Source: a virus
IMG/VR virus record: IMGVR_UViG_3300023109_000014
Location: 18,462 to 82,461 of that record
DNA: 64,000 nt
Reading direction: 5' to 3' (one strand)
This document shows positions 51,910-62,695 of this stretch, one piece after another; the stretch's first letter is position 1; the number at the start of each line of letters is the position of its first letter. The position numbers were made by a program, and so were the translations under genes. Below the pieces are notes generated by a model. It was not told where the DNA came from. It did not search any database and saw only the letters and a list, made by a program, of their open reading frames with translations.

Positions 51910-52191
51910 ATGAGTCAAAAAAACAATAGAAAATATGGCCCCAGTCATGAAAAAAAGACTATAGAGGATACACCCCCTGCGTTTGCCAACCATCAAAAAG
52001 GCAGCTTGGATTATTCTGTGAATTTTGTTAAGCAAATGGGGGGAGCAATTAATTACAATCCTCAAGTTGGTTACTTTTTTCCTCCTCCTGTTGGAACTAA
52101 TCCTAATGAGGTTGAATTTTTAAAAGCAAAAAGTGATCTCAATATAAATTGGGTATTCCGTTGCAAAGGATTACCAGGAAGTCGACCTTAA
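51910..52191 (+). CDS. Hypothetical protein
   Basis: 93-aa ORF filling the gap; ATGTA-N9-ATG upstream. Confidence 0.55.
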   Translation: MSQKNNRKYGPSHEKKTIEDTPPAFANHQKGSLDYSVNFVKQMGGAINYNPQVGYFFPPPVGTNPNEVEFLKAKSDLNINWVFRCKGLPGSRP

Positions 52192-52192
52192 T

Positions 52193-54079
52193 ATGCCAAA
52201 AAAACCTGGAATAGATTATTTTTCTCCTGGAGCTGATAAAGACTTCGAGTACCCACCTTGTGTAGATTTAAGTCTAATTCCAGATGCTAAGCTTGTTTTT
52301 TACAACTCAAATCAGGTGGCTCCTGGTATGCCTCCTCCGAAAGTACAAGTTCAACAAAGAATTGACAAAGGTAGTTGTTCGGGTAAAGATGGGGGTAAAT
52401 ACGGCTCAATAACTATAGAAGGTATTTTTGCTTGTTGTAGTTCGGAAGAAAAAATTTCCTCCAGGGAAGAACTTCTTGATTTATTTTCTGTTGACTGTGG
52501 TACGATAAGAGTCGATGGAAACGTATTTGAGCATGTTAGAGTTAGGCAAGTTAGTGTATCTTCTTCGAATTATTTAGGTAGCGTTCCATATACCGTATCG
52601 CTCGATTGGGTTGATCAAGAATACGGCGTTGCATTTGATGTAGAAAATTTAAGTAGTGTAATCGTTGCAGACGAAGACGAAGAGAAAGTTACTATTACGC
52701 ATTCTGTATCTGCCCAGTCCTCTAGCAAGGGGGAATGTTCTGACTGTACTTGCGATATTTCTAATGCAACAGAGTGGGTATTAGCGGAAATATCTGAAGT
52801 ATGCCCAAGTCCAATAACAATAAAGGTTCCAAGAAACCCTTTATCTCAAACTTTAAATTGTCCAAATATAGAAGAAAATGTTGATTTATCTTCTTGCTCT
52901 CATTCAATTTCAAAAACTTGGTTTATATACAAAAACATAGTCAAGGAAGACGACTGGGATGATAATAATAGTGTGACTAGCACTTATTGCAAAACCATTT
53001 CTGAAGGAAAAAACCAAAGACAAACTATTAATCATAGTGGAAATTTAACCTATAATCTTGTTCCTTCGTGCGATAATCCTCACGACCCAAAATACATGGA
53101 GGTCTTAGAGGGAATATTGGAAAGTGTTTTTGAGAAATATCAGGCGTACTCATCAAAAGTTGACGAAAGGAATATTACTAAATCTGAATCCCCTCCATCT
53201 ATTCAATGGTCAATAAGTTTTCTTCCAGATCCAGTTGAAGACGAAAGGGGGAAAACTATTGATGACTATTGTATGTCTACATCTGTTAGTGGGGATGGCG
53301 TTGTTTCTATATCTATAAATGGAGTTTTAAAAGCTAATGAAAATTATCCATTTTCAACAGTTTCTAGAAACTGTAAGTGCGAGGCCGTTCAAGATGCTTG
53401 GGATCCAAGTAAGTATTTTCCTTTGGCTGAGGAATTCTATATAAGATTTAAGTCTCAACTAGGAGAAAATTTATTAAGGAGATTAATGGGCCCTTGTTAC
53501 GATCTTACCAAGTTAAATCCAAATCCAGACCAAGAAAATGATAAAGAGGGTAAAGATGATTGTTCTAAATCATACAGTTTTGTTTTTACTGACAAGCCTG
53601 AAATTTCTAGAGAGTGGAATTATAGTGTTGACGTAACAGATCCTATAGAACGAGTAACTGTTAACCCCTTATTAAATCTTGATGACGATAATACTTATAA
53701 ATTCTGCGTTGTAAAAACCAGTGAATTTAGCGAAGGTAGGGTGACTGTAAATGGTCAACGAAGGCAAGATTGTCCAGATGATCCAGAATGGGATAAAGAT
53801 GCCGTAGCTTTAACTTTAGCTCAAAATATTCTTCCAGATGTAGATTTATTGGAGGTTGATGATCATTGTAATACTAAAACTGTTTATGAGTACGGTAAGG
53901 AGCATCCTAGTAGTTTCCAGAAATCTTTTAGATTTGAGCATGTTGACGCTTGCCAAAGTGGAGCTAAAGATCCGAGCGTAAGAAAGGGCAGTGTGTTTGC
54001 TATATCTAGGAACGAGGAGGTTGGTGGTACAAAAATAACAAAAGACAGCCATGCAAAGAAAAAAAGGAATTTAGAATAA
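52193..54079 (+). CDS. Cys-rich tail-tip protein, probable paralog of 50232..51905
   Basis: DGVVSISINGVLKA resembles NGLVGININGSIRG; about 22 Cys in 628 aa. Confidence 0.5.
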   Translation: MPKKPGIDYFSPGADKDFEYPPCVDLSLIPDAKLVFYNSNQVAPGMPPPKVQVQQRIDKGSCSGKDGGKYGSITIEGIFACCSSEEKISSREELLDLFSVDCGTIRVDGNVFEHVRVRQVSVSSSNYLGSVPYTVSLDWVDQEYGVAFDVENLSSVIVADEDEEKVTITHSVSAQSSSKGECSDCTCDISNATEWVLAEISEVCPSPITIKVPRNPLSQTLNCPNIEENVDLSSCSHSISKTWFIYKNIVKEDDWDDNNSVTSTYCKTISEGKNQRQTINHSGNLTYNLVPSCDNPHDPKYMEVLEGILESVFEKYQAYSSKVDERNITKSESPPSIQWSISFLPDPVEDERGKTIDDYCMSTSVSGDGVVSISINGVLKANENYPFSTVSRNCKCEAVQDAWDPSKYFPLAEEFYIRFKSQLGENLLRRLMGPCYDLTKLNPNPDQENDKEGKDDCSKSYSFVFTDKPEISREWNYSVDVTDPIERVTVNPLLNLDDDNTYKFCVVKTSEFSEGRVTVNGQRRQDCPDDPEWDKDAVALTLAQNILPDVDLLEVDDHCNTKTVYEYGKEHPSSFQKSFRFEHVDACQSGAKDPSVRKGSVFAISRNEEVGGTKITKDSHAKKKRNLE

Positions 54080-54080
54080 T

Positions 54081-56507
54081 ATGAGTTATACAAATCCATC
54101 TGCATACTCCAATACATATCTACAAGCTTTTTATGATTTTACTAGTGGTCATTATTACAATAATGTTGATAATTTTGATGTGTCAGTTTGGAGCTCTTCT
54201 AACTTAGGTTATGAGAACAGTTACATCTCTGATAAAGCCATTATGTGTGATTTCGAACAATCAAATGATTCTATAGAATTAATCCAAGAGTACGGCATTG
54301 ATGTAGAGCTTTCTTCTATTAATTCTGGAATGTTTATTGGGGATTATTCAAATGTGACTGGACATTTTAATTCTGGTTATAGTAGTCTAGGTGCTAATTT
54401 TCAAGACTGCGCATTATATATTAAGAACTCTAGAAATTTTAATCACGGTTCTTCTACTTTTATTTTTAGTTATACAAAAAAAGACACTAAGCCAGAAATT
54501 CTATTTAGTTCTATAAATAAAGATACTGACATTGGTTTTGAGATAGGGGTTAATTCAGCAAATAAGTTATACCTAGAGTGGCCTGAAGAACATGGCACTC
54601 AGGTTATTACTTTAAATACAGTTAATTATAATAAAAATATTTATGTTATTGATATTGATATTAATATTAATAAGTTGGTGTTAAGTAGGTGGGATGGTTT
54701 TGAGGAGATTTTGTTAAGTAAGGTTGTAAATTTTAAGAATTGCGATTGCTTTAAAGGTGGTAATTTAGACTGGGTTATTGGTTCTGGTGTGTATCGAGGG
54801 GACGAGGGAATTAATTCTCAACCCGAACCTTATAAATGTGAGAGTTATATAGATAAGTTTTTATATTTTAATGGTTTTCTCGCTCAAGATTCTAAAATAG
54901 ATTTTATTAAAAGTTTTTACGAAAAAATTAATTATAATCCTAGATTGTATGAAGATATAAATTCGGGAATCACGGGTTATAATAAAGTTTTAGATTATAG
55001 CGTATCTGGAGTAACTGGATATGCGGATGTTATAACTGGGTATAAGGAATATTCATCTAATTATACATCTTTAATCTCCGAGGAGCTTAGGGGTAACGCT
55101 TCTATTGGAGATACTTATTATGAATTCGATTCTAGTTATCAAGATAATCTAAATGAATTAGGAGGTCCTTTAACGAGTGGAATATATTTAGAAAAAATAA
55201 CAAATTCAAATTTAACTGAAGTCATTACTGGTTTTTCAAGTACTGAATATGATACTGAGTATTCTTGGTCTGACGTTGGAGTCGAGAAAGAGCCTTTGTA
55301 TTATCATTCTGGGGTATCTGGAAAATTGTATGATGTTTATAGGCATGAACCAATATACGCTGATTCACGAGAACAACTTAAGGAAAAGGGTTCATATGTT
55401 ATGTCTGGAATTTTTCCTATCGAACATCTTTATGGAGAGATGGGTTATGGGGCAAATAAGTATACGTATTTAGGAGCAAGAAATAAAAGGACTGATTATC
55501 TTGAACACTTTCAGGGTGTTAATCAGTTTTCTATAGCAAGTTTTGCAGATATAGATATATTTAATGGGTTTACTCTTCCTTTTTCGATTACAATGTCTAG
55601 CGATTTGAGTTACGATTTTAATAAAATTGCTCTGTATATTAATGGAGTAAGCCAATCCTGGGGAGATCTTAAATTTGAGGATGATAAATGTAGCCCTAAC
55701 CAGGATCTTTGGAGCTTGCCTTCTGGTAATTTTGGGATTTATCAATGGGACGAAGATGATATTAAGGCTGGTATAAATAAAATTTTATATAATGATGAAA
55801 ATATTTCTTTGACTGTTGATCATCCAGTGGTAGATGTCCTTACTGACATTCCATCTACAGGCGTTTGGTTGGATTACGAAAAGTATTCATCTTATGAAAC
55901 TAATAATGAGAGTCTTCTACCTGAAGGTAATAAGCTGTTTTTTAATGGGCAAAAATTAATATCTGGGCAATCTTACTATTTTAATCCTGATGGTAACTTT
56001 AGGATAATTGATTCGGATGGTTTTTTCGCTAATGCTTCTGGTTATTTTCATAGCGAGAGTAGTTTTCATGAAGATCTGGACAGTAATTATCGCGAAGTAA
56101 TTAGAGGTCTTGCATCGTACGACATTAATCCTGTTAAAAGTTTTATACCTGGTTCTTGCGTATCTTTTTTAAATGGAGTTAGGCTTGACCCTAAGGCTTA
56201 TTTATATCATTCTGATGTAGATTTAATTAAGCAGGGAGAGGGTTTAATAGTTGAAACTGAGTCGTTTACTGCATATAATAATAGCGTGACAAATCAAGAT
56301 CAATTACCCACTGAAATGGAATTATACGAGCTACCTAAATATGATAAAAATTGGGCGTTAAGAAATGTTCTTGATGAATCGGGTAATATTGTTGATATTT
56401 CTGGCTCAGAGAAAATTATTACAACCCGTAGTACTCGAAGGAGTTCGGCTCGAGATGCAGTGGTGTACGAAAACTCTAAGGAAATATCTGAATTAACGTT
56501 CGATTGA
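54081..56507 (+). CDS. Virion structural protein with a LamG/concanavalin-like N-terminal region
   Basis: ILFSS...GFEIGVNSANKLYLE...WVIG...IDKFLYFNG pattern; repeated L(Y/F)xNG motifs. Confidence 0.5.
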   Translation: MSYTNPSAYSNTYLQAFYDFTSGHYYNNVDNFDVSVWSSSNLGYENSYISDKAIMCDFEQSNDSIELIQEYGIDVELSSINSGMFIGDYSNVTGHFNSGYSSLGANFQDCALYIKNSRNFNHGSSTFIFSYTKKDTKPEILFSSINKDTDIGFEIGVNSANKLYLEWPEEHGTQVITLNTVNYNKNIYVIDIDININKLVLSRWDGFEEILLSKVVNFKNCDCFKGGNLDWVIGSGVYRGDEGINSQPEPYKCESYIDKFLYFNGFLAQDSKIDFIKSFYEKINYNPRLYEDINSGITGYNKVLDYSVSGVTGYADVITGYKEYSSNYTSLISEELRGNASIGDTYYEFDSSYQDNLNELGGPLTSGIYLEKITNSNLTEVITGFSSTEYDTEYSWSDVGVEKEPLYYHSGVSGKLYDVYRHEPIYADSREQLKEKGSYVMSGIFPIEHLYGEMGYGANKYTYLGARNKRTDYLEHFQGVNQFSIASFADIDIFNGFTLPFSITMSSDLSYDFNKIALYINGVSQSWGDLKFEDDKCSPNQDLWSLPSGNFGIYQWDEDDIKAGINKILYNDENISLTVDHPVVDVLTDIPSTGVWLDYEKYSSYETNNESLLPEGNKLFFNGQKLISGQSYYFNPDGNFRIIDSDGFFANASGYFHSESSFHEDLDSNYREVIRGLASYDINPVKSFIPGSCVSFLNGVRLDPKAYLYHSDVDLIKQGEGLIVETESFTAYNNSVTNQDQLPTEMELYELPKYDKNWALRNVLDESGNIVDISGSEKIITTRSTRRSSARDAVVYENSKEISELTFD

Positions 56508-56508
56508 T

Positions 56509-59500
56509 ATGAGCGACGAAGAAAAAATAGGGACTCCTTTTTTTAGCGCTTCGGGTGTTGATGGAAAACATATTGATTTAAATAACAATAGTCAGACAAG
56601 TTCTTTCGGTGGTAAAAATTGTATAATTCCTGGGTCTCTTTTTGGCGCAACCCCTTACGATATAACATTTCAGGGCGGATTTGGTGGAAGACCTGGAACT
56701 CATACTGTAAAATATGTTAATCCTGATGGCAAATATGATATTGATATTACAAATATTGATGTAAATAACCCTATCGAAGTTGGAATTAGTTCCTTGAAAA
56801 GGTCTCAGATTTTGACTGATTTTGAAATTGATAGATCTGTAGGAGGGAAAATTTTAACCGCAAGATTTCAGGATAAGGCAATTGTTGACCTTCAGAGACA
56901 TTTGATTGTTTGTCGACAGATTGTTAAATTTGGAAGCTTTTCTTCTCGATTAATTGGGGACGGTTTAAGTAGAGCTTGCGTGTCTGTATATGGTCGAATG
57001 TTCCATTTAAAACTTGGCGCGCCAAGTCGATTAGATATAGATACTTTAGCATTAGGACCATCTCCTGTAATTTATATTGGTGGAGATGCAAGTGGGAATA
57101 CGGGCGGAAGAAATAGTAGCGGGCCAGCATATAAGAAAGTTTCACAAGAATATGTTTTTTGGAACTCTACCTGGATAGCTAATGATGAAAAGATTTCAAA
57201 ATATATTGGGCCAGGACTGAAGAATCTTTTAAATAATGATAATAATAAAAACTTAAGATTTTTACAGAATAGTGGGAATGCTTTGGATATTATTGTAAGT
57301 TTGGCGGGCGCTTGCGGTTGGTTTCTTTATGCAAACGACGAAGGTAAGCTGGACGCATTAAGCTCGCTACCAAGAATATCCAGAGTTAATGCTTCTAATT
57401 TAGGTTCTCAATGTTCTGTTACTAGCATTAAGGAAAAAGTTTCTATTACTAATACTTTTGATAAAGGTGGTTGGGCCACTTGGAAGCATGATGATAATTA
57501 TGAAGCAGAATTTAAGGCTAATTTTTTGGCTATTGACTTGCTTGGAATACCTATTCCAGTTTGTGATCCTGAAGACCCTTTGGCTGAAAAAGACGACGCC
57601 CAGTCAAGACCACAGAATGCTGGAAATGGAGATGGAGCTGGGGAGGAAGTTGCTATAATTTCGAATTCTAGTTTTGTTTCTATGTATGAAAAAAAGATGT
57701 CAAAGGCGTATATCGCTCAATTAAAAAGATTTTTAAAAATGTCGGTTCTTGATCATTTATGGGAAAATTGGGAAGGGATGACATCCTATATTCATTTAAA
57801 AAGATTAAGAGAAGTTGATGTTGATGGAACTATTAAAGTTTTTACAACTCAAGCACAAAAACATCACGATGGTAAAAATATTAGGACCAACTGTCAGCAA
57901 AAAGGTATTCTACCTGTTAAAGGCGGAGATAAAGAAAAGATTGGGGAAAATGCAGCTGTAAATAAATTATTTCCTTGTCTTTCTCCTGCTGTATTAAATT
58001 TTCCAGTACAAAGAGATGAAGACCAGTGGAATAAAGCTATGTTAAATGATAATGCAAATAAAAACCAAGAAATAAAAGTTCCTCTGGGTGGAGGTCGACA
58101 AATTTTAGTTCTAGATGCTGGCCAGAATTTAGTCTGCGCTAATTTAAAAAATGGTAAAAGCCAGCCAATGCCAAATGGAGATCACGACCTTAAGGGCAAA
58201 GTTCAAGGGGGTAAATGGGCGGGTGGCGCAGCCGCAGATAGAGCTGAATTATTAAAAACTTTAGCTTTAACTATTGGTAGGTGGTGGATTCTTGCTGATG
58301 GTCGTGGAAACGGGGGCGGGGGCGGAGGTCTCATGACCGAAAGACAACATAGTTATAGGAATTACCACCCTGCTCACGGAACTATTTCTTGGTACGACAA
58401 AAGAATGTCAGTAAGAGATACTCCATTTTCAGCAGTATACGAAAGAGTTTACGGAGATAGATTAAGTGAGTGGGAATCAGTTGGTGGAATAAGAAGGGTT
58501 GGTACCCCAAAAGAAGAAGAAGAAAGGGAAGCAGCTTTAAAAGAGGGTAAAGAAGTTAAGGATACGTATGACGAAGTAAAAGATTTAACCATTAGTCAGT
58601 TTCTTCAACTTGCTTACAGGTTAAAATATAGAAATATTTCTGGCGATACGGGTAAAGTTAGCGATGAAGAAATAGAAGAAGAAGCTTTTAAGGGTGGGGG
58701 AGCAATGGATTCGGGAGAAATTGAAACTGCTAATGAAGCTGCTAAAGTATTATGCGCTAGGGGAGAACCTTTAGGTATTGTTATTTGGGATTCAAATATA
58801 AAAGAGCCAGAATTACCTTTGCAAAACGAATGGATGGCTTCTATTGGTGCAGGTATTGAGTCTAAAACAGACAAAATGGGTTCTGATATAGTAAGATGGT
58901 CAATGCAACAAGCAACAATAGGGGTTATTATGAACCCTATGAAGAATTTAAGAAATATGGTCAAGAAAAAAAATGGCGATATTGTAGAGGATGTTGATAA
59001 ACCAGATTCTTTAGATGCTTCGTTGGATAATATTATTCTCAATAGGGATTTTGAATACATTGGTAAAAATAGAGTTAAGAGAATACTTTTTGAATCAAAG
59101 AGAGCTAGGAGGTTTTTTAACCAATATATAGATCTGCCTAGCTGTGAGAATCAAGTTTTTAAATCTCAATTCGCTCACAAAAAAATGGACGGCCAAATAC
59201 TATGGAGGTCTTTAGATTGTTATGGGAATATTGAACCTTGGAGGTATTACAGTGAAGGTTATAATTCAGGAAACGTAAATAATATTTTACAAGCAGAAGT
59301 TTCAACAATGGTTGAGTCAGAACTTGATCCAGAGAGCTCTTATACTGTTACAACTTGCGGTCAGTCTGCGCCTAATTTACCTTCTGTTGGTCAAGGTTTA
59401 CAATCATATACAGTTTCTATTGCAAAAGATGGTTCCGTTATGACAACTTTTCAGTTAAGTCGGGAAGCAATGAGGTCTGGATCTTCTTTTAGTTCTGCTT

Positions 59501-59658
59501 ATTTTCAAAATAATGATTATAATTTAAATTCTCAAAAAGATACTACGGTCCATACTCCTTCTGCGGGATCTTCCAGTTATGACTCAACCTCGTTTGATAT
59601 AAATCAACAAAATTTACAAGCTCCAGTAAGGCTTCATAATGGTCAGTTTTTATTATAA
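56509..59658 (+). CDS. Putative central tail/hub protein
   Basis: 1049 aa within the tail-tip cluster; function inferred from position only. Confidence 0.45.
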   Translation: MSDEEKIGTPFFSASGVDGKHIDLNNNSQTSSFGGKNCIIPGSLFGATPYDITFQGGFGGRPGTHTVKYVNPDGKYDIDITNIDVNNPIEVGISSLKRSQILTDFEIDRSVGGKILTARFQDKAIVDLQRHLIVCRQIVKFGSFSSRLIGDGLSRACVSVYGRMFHLKLGAPSRLDIDTLALGPSPVIYIGGDASGNTGGRNSSGPAYKKVSQEYVFWNSTWIANDEKISKYIGPGLKNLLNNDNNKNLRFLQNSGNALDIIVSLAGACGWFLYANDEGKLDALSSLPRISRVNASNLGSQCSVTSIKEKVSITNTFDKGGWATWKHDDNYEAEFKANFLAIDLLGIPIPVCDPEDPLAEKDDAQSRPQNAGNGDGAGEEVAIISNSSFVSMYEKKMSKAYIAQLKRFLKMSVLDHLWENWEGMTSYIHLKRLREVDVDGTIKVFTTQAQKHHDGKNIRTNCQQKGILPVKGGDKEKIGENAAVNKLFPCLSPAVLNFPVQRDEDQWNKAMLNDNANKNQEIKVPLGGGRQILVLDAGQNLVCANLKNGKSQPMPNGDHDLKGKVQGGKWAGGAAADRAELLKTLALTIGRWWILADGRGNGGGGGGLMTERQHSYRNYHPAHGTISWYDKRMSVRDTPFSAVYERVYGDRLSEWESVGGIRRVGTPKEEEEREAALKEGKEVKDTYDEVKDLTISQFLQLAYRLKYRNISGDTGKVSDEEIEEEAFKGGGAMDSGEIETANEAAKVLCARGEPLGIVIWDSNIKEPELPLQNEWMASIGAGIESKTDKMGSDIVRWSMQQATIGVIMNPMKNLRNMVKKKNGDIVEDVDKPDSLDASLDNIILNRDFEYIGKNRVKRILFESKRARRFFNQYIDLPSCENQVFKSQFAHKKMDGQILWRSLDCYGNIEPWRYYSEGYNSGNVNNILQAEVSTMVESELDPESSYTVTTCGQSAPNLPSVGQGLQSYTVSIAKDGSVMTTFQLSREAMRSGSSFSSAYFQNNDYNLNSQKDTTVHTPSAGSSSYDSTSFDINQQNLQAPVRLHNGQFLL

Positions 59659-61265
59659 TGGCAATATTTTATCAATATTTTGATACTCCTTGTACTGGGA
59701 GTTACTTTGATTATACATTTGATATTGGACCTTTTAAGGATTATGCTGCGTCACAATTAGAGGAGGATTTTTCTTCTAATTTTGAACCCGTAAGTCATAG
59801 GAATCTAGCTTTTGGGTTTGTGAATATTCCAACTGGATATTTAAAAGTTATGGATAGAGATGAGGATTCAGGCTCTGCAGTTATTAAGGATTTTCCTACG
59901 GGAGAATATTATGATTGGGTTAATGGTAATGAATATAAACCTTATTACAGTAATAATTCTGGCTTGGAAACTTCTACTTTTGAAGATATGAGAAAAACAT
60001 TTATCTTGGATCCACGCTTAGATGAAAAACAAATACTTTCTGAGTTAGATTTTATAACTTTTTTTACTGGGGTTAATTGTAGGTTATATGACCAAGATAA
60101 TAATTATGTGTTTTCATATTCCGAAGAAGTTCAAGGTCCAATTAGTATACATGGTAACGTGTTTGAATATAATCAAAATTATTCTATAAATTCTCTGCCA
60201 GTTAATTCCAATGTTAGCAGGGGTTGTAGTAATCACGGGCATGTATCTGGGCTATTTTTTACAAGGTCTGATTTTGAATATAGTACTAGCGTAAGAAGTC
60301 ATGTTAATCTTGATAAATGGACTCCTGCGAATATGGATGATAAGGTATGGTTTAATGAATCAGGTCTATTTCCTTCGCATGTAGATTTACAGGGTAATCA
60401 TTATCCTCAATGGATTGCTAACTCTAGTATTACTGGGGAATATATCAACGATCAAATACTTTATTTAACAAGCGGTAATCGAAACAGTCCCGTGGATCTT
60501 AGAAATTTTCTTGCAGAAGGTTCTACAATAGTTCCAGAAACTGTTTACGAAATCTCTCAAGAAAAATCATGCAAAATGACCAGCGGTTTAAAAAGTGATA
60601 ACTGGGATAATATAACTGCTTGGAGGGGAGAAAATCTTTCTATAAATCTTGGAGAAACTCTGACTCCGCAATTAGGTTTAGTTATGTTAGTTAAGGTTGA
60701 TTCTTCGAGTGATGCTTCTACATATTTTAATGCTACGAGTGACAATAATGACCTTTTGTTTCTCGGCCAAAAAGGTTTAGCTAATAATTTACAAATTGAT
60801 TTTGGGGTAAATGGGGATGATTATGAATTTGATTTTAGTTTTGCTGGAACAAAATCCAAGACCCCTTTAGTTGTGAGTGATAACGATTGGCACATTTTAC
60901 ATTGGATTTATGACGAATTTTCTACTATGTTAAATAGTTGGCTTGATGGCACCAGAGTCGGAAGTGAACTTATAAACGTAAGTGAAACGCTTCCTACTGG
61001 TTTTAATTGTAATTTACAAAACCAATCTTTTATAGAAGTTGCCGAATTATTAATATACCCTCAACAGAGAACTGATGTCGAACTTTTTGATATGGAAAAA
61101 AACTATTTCATAGAGGGGTACTTATCTCATAAATGGAATTTAGATTTATTAAGCGCTAGTCATCCTTTTTACCATGGTTATCCTGCTAATTTAAAAGCGG
61201 GAATGAAGGGAGGGCCTTTAGAGCATTTATATACTGCAACAATCTCTAACCTAACTCATTTTTAA
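59658..61265 (+). CDS. Structural protein with a C-terminal LamG-like jelly-roll
   Basis: WHIL...WLDG...VAELLIY...IEGYLSHKWNL...HPF signature. Confidence 0.55.
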   Translation: MAIFYQYFDTPCTGSYFDYTFDIGPFKDYAASQLEEDFSSNFEPVSHRNLAFGFVNIPTGYLKVMDRDEDSGSAVIKDFPTGEYYDWVNGNEYKPYYSNNSGLETSTFEDMRKTFILDPRLDEKQILSELDFITFFTGVNCRLYDQDNNYVFSYSEEVQGPISIHGNVFEYNQNYSINSLPVNSNVSRGCSNHGHVSGLFFTRSDFEYSTSVRSHVNLDKWTPANMDDKVWFNESGLFPSHVDLQGNHYPQWIANSSITGEYINDQILYLTSGNRNSPVDLRNFLAEGSTIVPETVYEISQEKSCKMTSGLKSDNWDNITAWRGENLSINLGETLTPQLGLVMLVKVDSSSDASTYFNATSDNNDLLFLGQKGLANNLQIDFGVNGDDYEFDFSFAGTKSKTPLVVSDNDWHILHWIYDEFSTMLNSWLDGTRVGSELINVSETLPTGFNCNLQNQSFIEVAELLIYPQQRTDVELFDMEKNYFIEGYLSHKWNLDLLSASHPFYHGYPANLKAGMKGGPLEHLYTATISNLTHF

Positions 61266-61489
61266 TTTTTAGGATTCATTACATCTTTATATTCTAAGTT
61301 TTTTAATATATCAGCTAATAATCTAGAATATTTTGTTTTCATTCTTCTTCTTTTACAACTGGTGCATCCTGGTCCTTGAATTGAATTATTAAAGTCTTGC
61401 CAAAGCTTATCACACTCCTTGAAAGATAAATGCTTGCATCCTTGAGAGAAAAACTGTCTACTGATTTTATAAGAGTCGTACTGTTCCAT
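61262..61489 (-). CDS. Small Cys-containing hypothetical protein
   Basis: 75 aa with GCTSCKRRR; convergent with the structural operon. Confidence 0.55.
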   Translation of the reverse strand: MEQYDSYKISRQFFSQGCKHLSFKECDKLWQDFNNSIQGPGCTSCKRRRMKTKYSRLLADILKNLEYKDVMNPKN

Positions 61490-61491
61490 TG

Positions 61492-61830
61492 TTATTCGAA
61501 TTTTTTAAAAAAATAAAATATAAATACTGGCCAAGAAAGAGCGCAGATTGGTATATACCATAGTGAAAAATTATTTAAATAAGTTATTAGTATTGAAAGA
61601 AAAATAGATAACCAAAATCCTAAGCATAACGGACAAAAAAGTAACTCTGATAATTTTGGATGTTTTTGAGAAATCATTAAAGCTAAGTCATCTATTGTGT
61701 CAAAGCTTTCATCTTTATATATCCATCCTATTGCATGAATACTAATAAAGGAAAAGTTCCATATAGTTATCATGCCTGAAGAGATTAACCCTCCCATAAT
61801 AAAGAATAAAATTTCTATTGAGTAGTCCAT
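61492..61830 (-). CDS. DUF1360-like small membrane protein
   Basis: About three hydrophobic segments and LSELLFCPLCLGFWLS. Confidence 0.65.
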   Translation of the reverse strand: MDYSIEILFFIMGGLISSGMITIWNFSFISIHAIGWIYKDESFDTIDDLALMISQKHPKLSELLFCPLCLGFWLSIFLSILITYLNNFSLWYIPICALSWPVFIFYFFKKFE

Positions 61831-62670
61831 CTAAATCTCTTGATACTCGACGGGTCTATCAATCTTTATTTCGCTATTTTGCGTAAATTTTTTAAGCATG
61901 TCTTCCGCTGCATTATTTGCTTTTTTTTGAAGTTTAGTTTTTTCAATTCTTTTTTGTTCGTTCTTTTCGATAACTTGTTTAGCTTCTTTGCTTTCAGAGT
62001 CTGACCCGAAACTTGCGCTAATTAGGTCTGCGGCCTGCGCTCCTTCTTCAAGTAACTTTACGTAAATTTCTTTATTGTTTTTGTCTTCAGATTCTTCTTG
62101 ATTTTTTAAAGACAGGTATTCTTCAAAAGCTTTGGAAGATTTAAACTCTTCATCTAGCCACACTGATTTGATAACTATTTCTGATAGAGGGTTTTCTGCA
62201 TGAGCTTCTCTTTTTGAAATTTTAGATACTACCTCCATACCTTTTGATACATAACCAAAAATCGTATAACCTGGCTTCTCTGAGCTTGGGTTAGAGTTCC
62301 AGTTGTCGCTCAGGTTTATAAAAAACTGAGTTCTTGCGCTATCTGGCAATCTGTTTCTCGCCATTCCTATTGTTCCAGCCATATTCGATAAGCCGTTGAA
62401 TGATTCATTTTCAATTGTTGGATAATTTAAACAATCATTTGCTTCGTTATGTTTATCTAAAACATCATGCCCGCCGCCTTGAATAATATAATCTGGCATT
62501 ACCCTGTGGAATATTTTGTTTACATAAAAATCATCTATAATTAAATCAATGAATCTACTTACTGAAAGGGGTGATCTCCATGCATCAAGCATAACATCAA
62601 AACCTCCATCATTAGTATCTATTCTTGCTTTAATTAAGTGTTGTTGTTTAATTAATTCTTGTCGATTCAT
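61831..62670 (-). CDS. Cyclophilin-type peptidyl-prolyl cis-trans isomerase with a charged C-terminal tail
   Basis: FHRVMPDYIIQGG, GTIGMAR, SARTQFFINLSDN, GYTIFGYVSKGMEVVSKI. Confidence 0.9.
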   Translation of the reverse strand: MNRQELIKQQHLIKARIDTNDGGFDVMLDAWRSPLSVSRFIDLIIDDFYVNKIFHRVMPDYIIQGGGHDVLDKHNEANDCLNYPTIENESFNGLSNMAGTIGMARNRLPDSARTQFFINLSDNWNSNPSSEKPGYTIFGYVSKGMEVVSKISKREAHAENPLSEIVIKSVWLDEEFKSSKAFEEYLSLKNQEESEDKNNKEIYVKLLEEGAQAADLISASFGSDSESKEAKQVIEKNEQKRIEKTKLQKKANNAAEDMLKKFTQNSEIKIDRPVEYQEI

Positions 62671-62695
62671 AGTAAATAATACTATCGTTTTGGTT

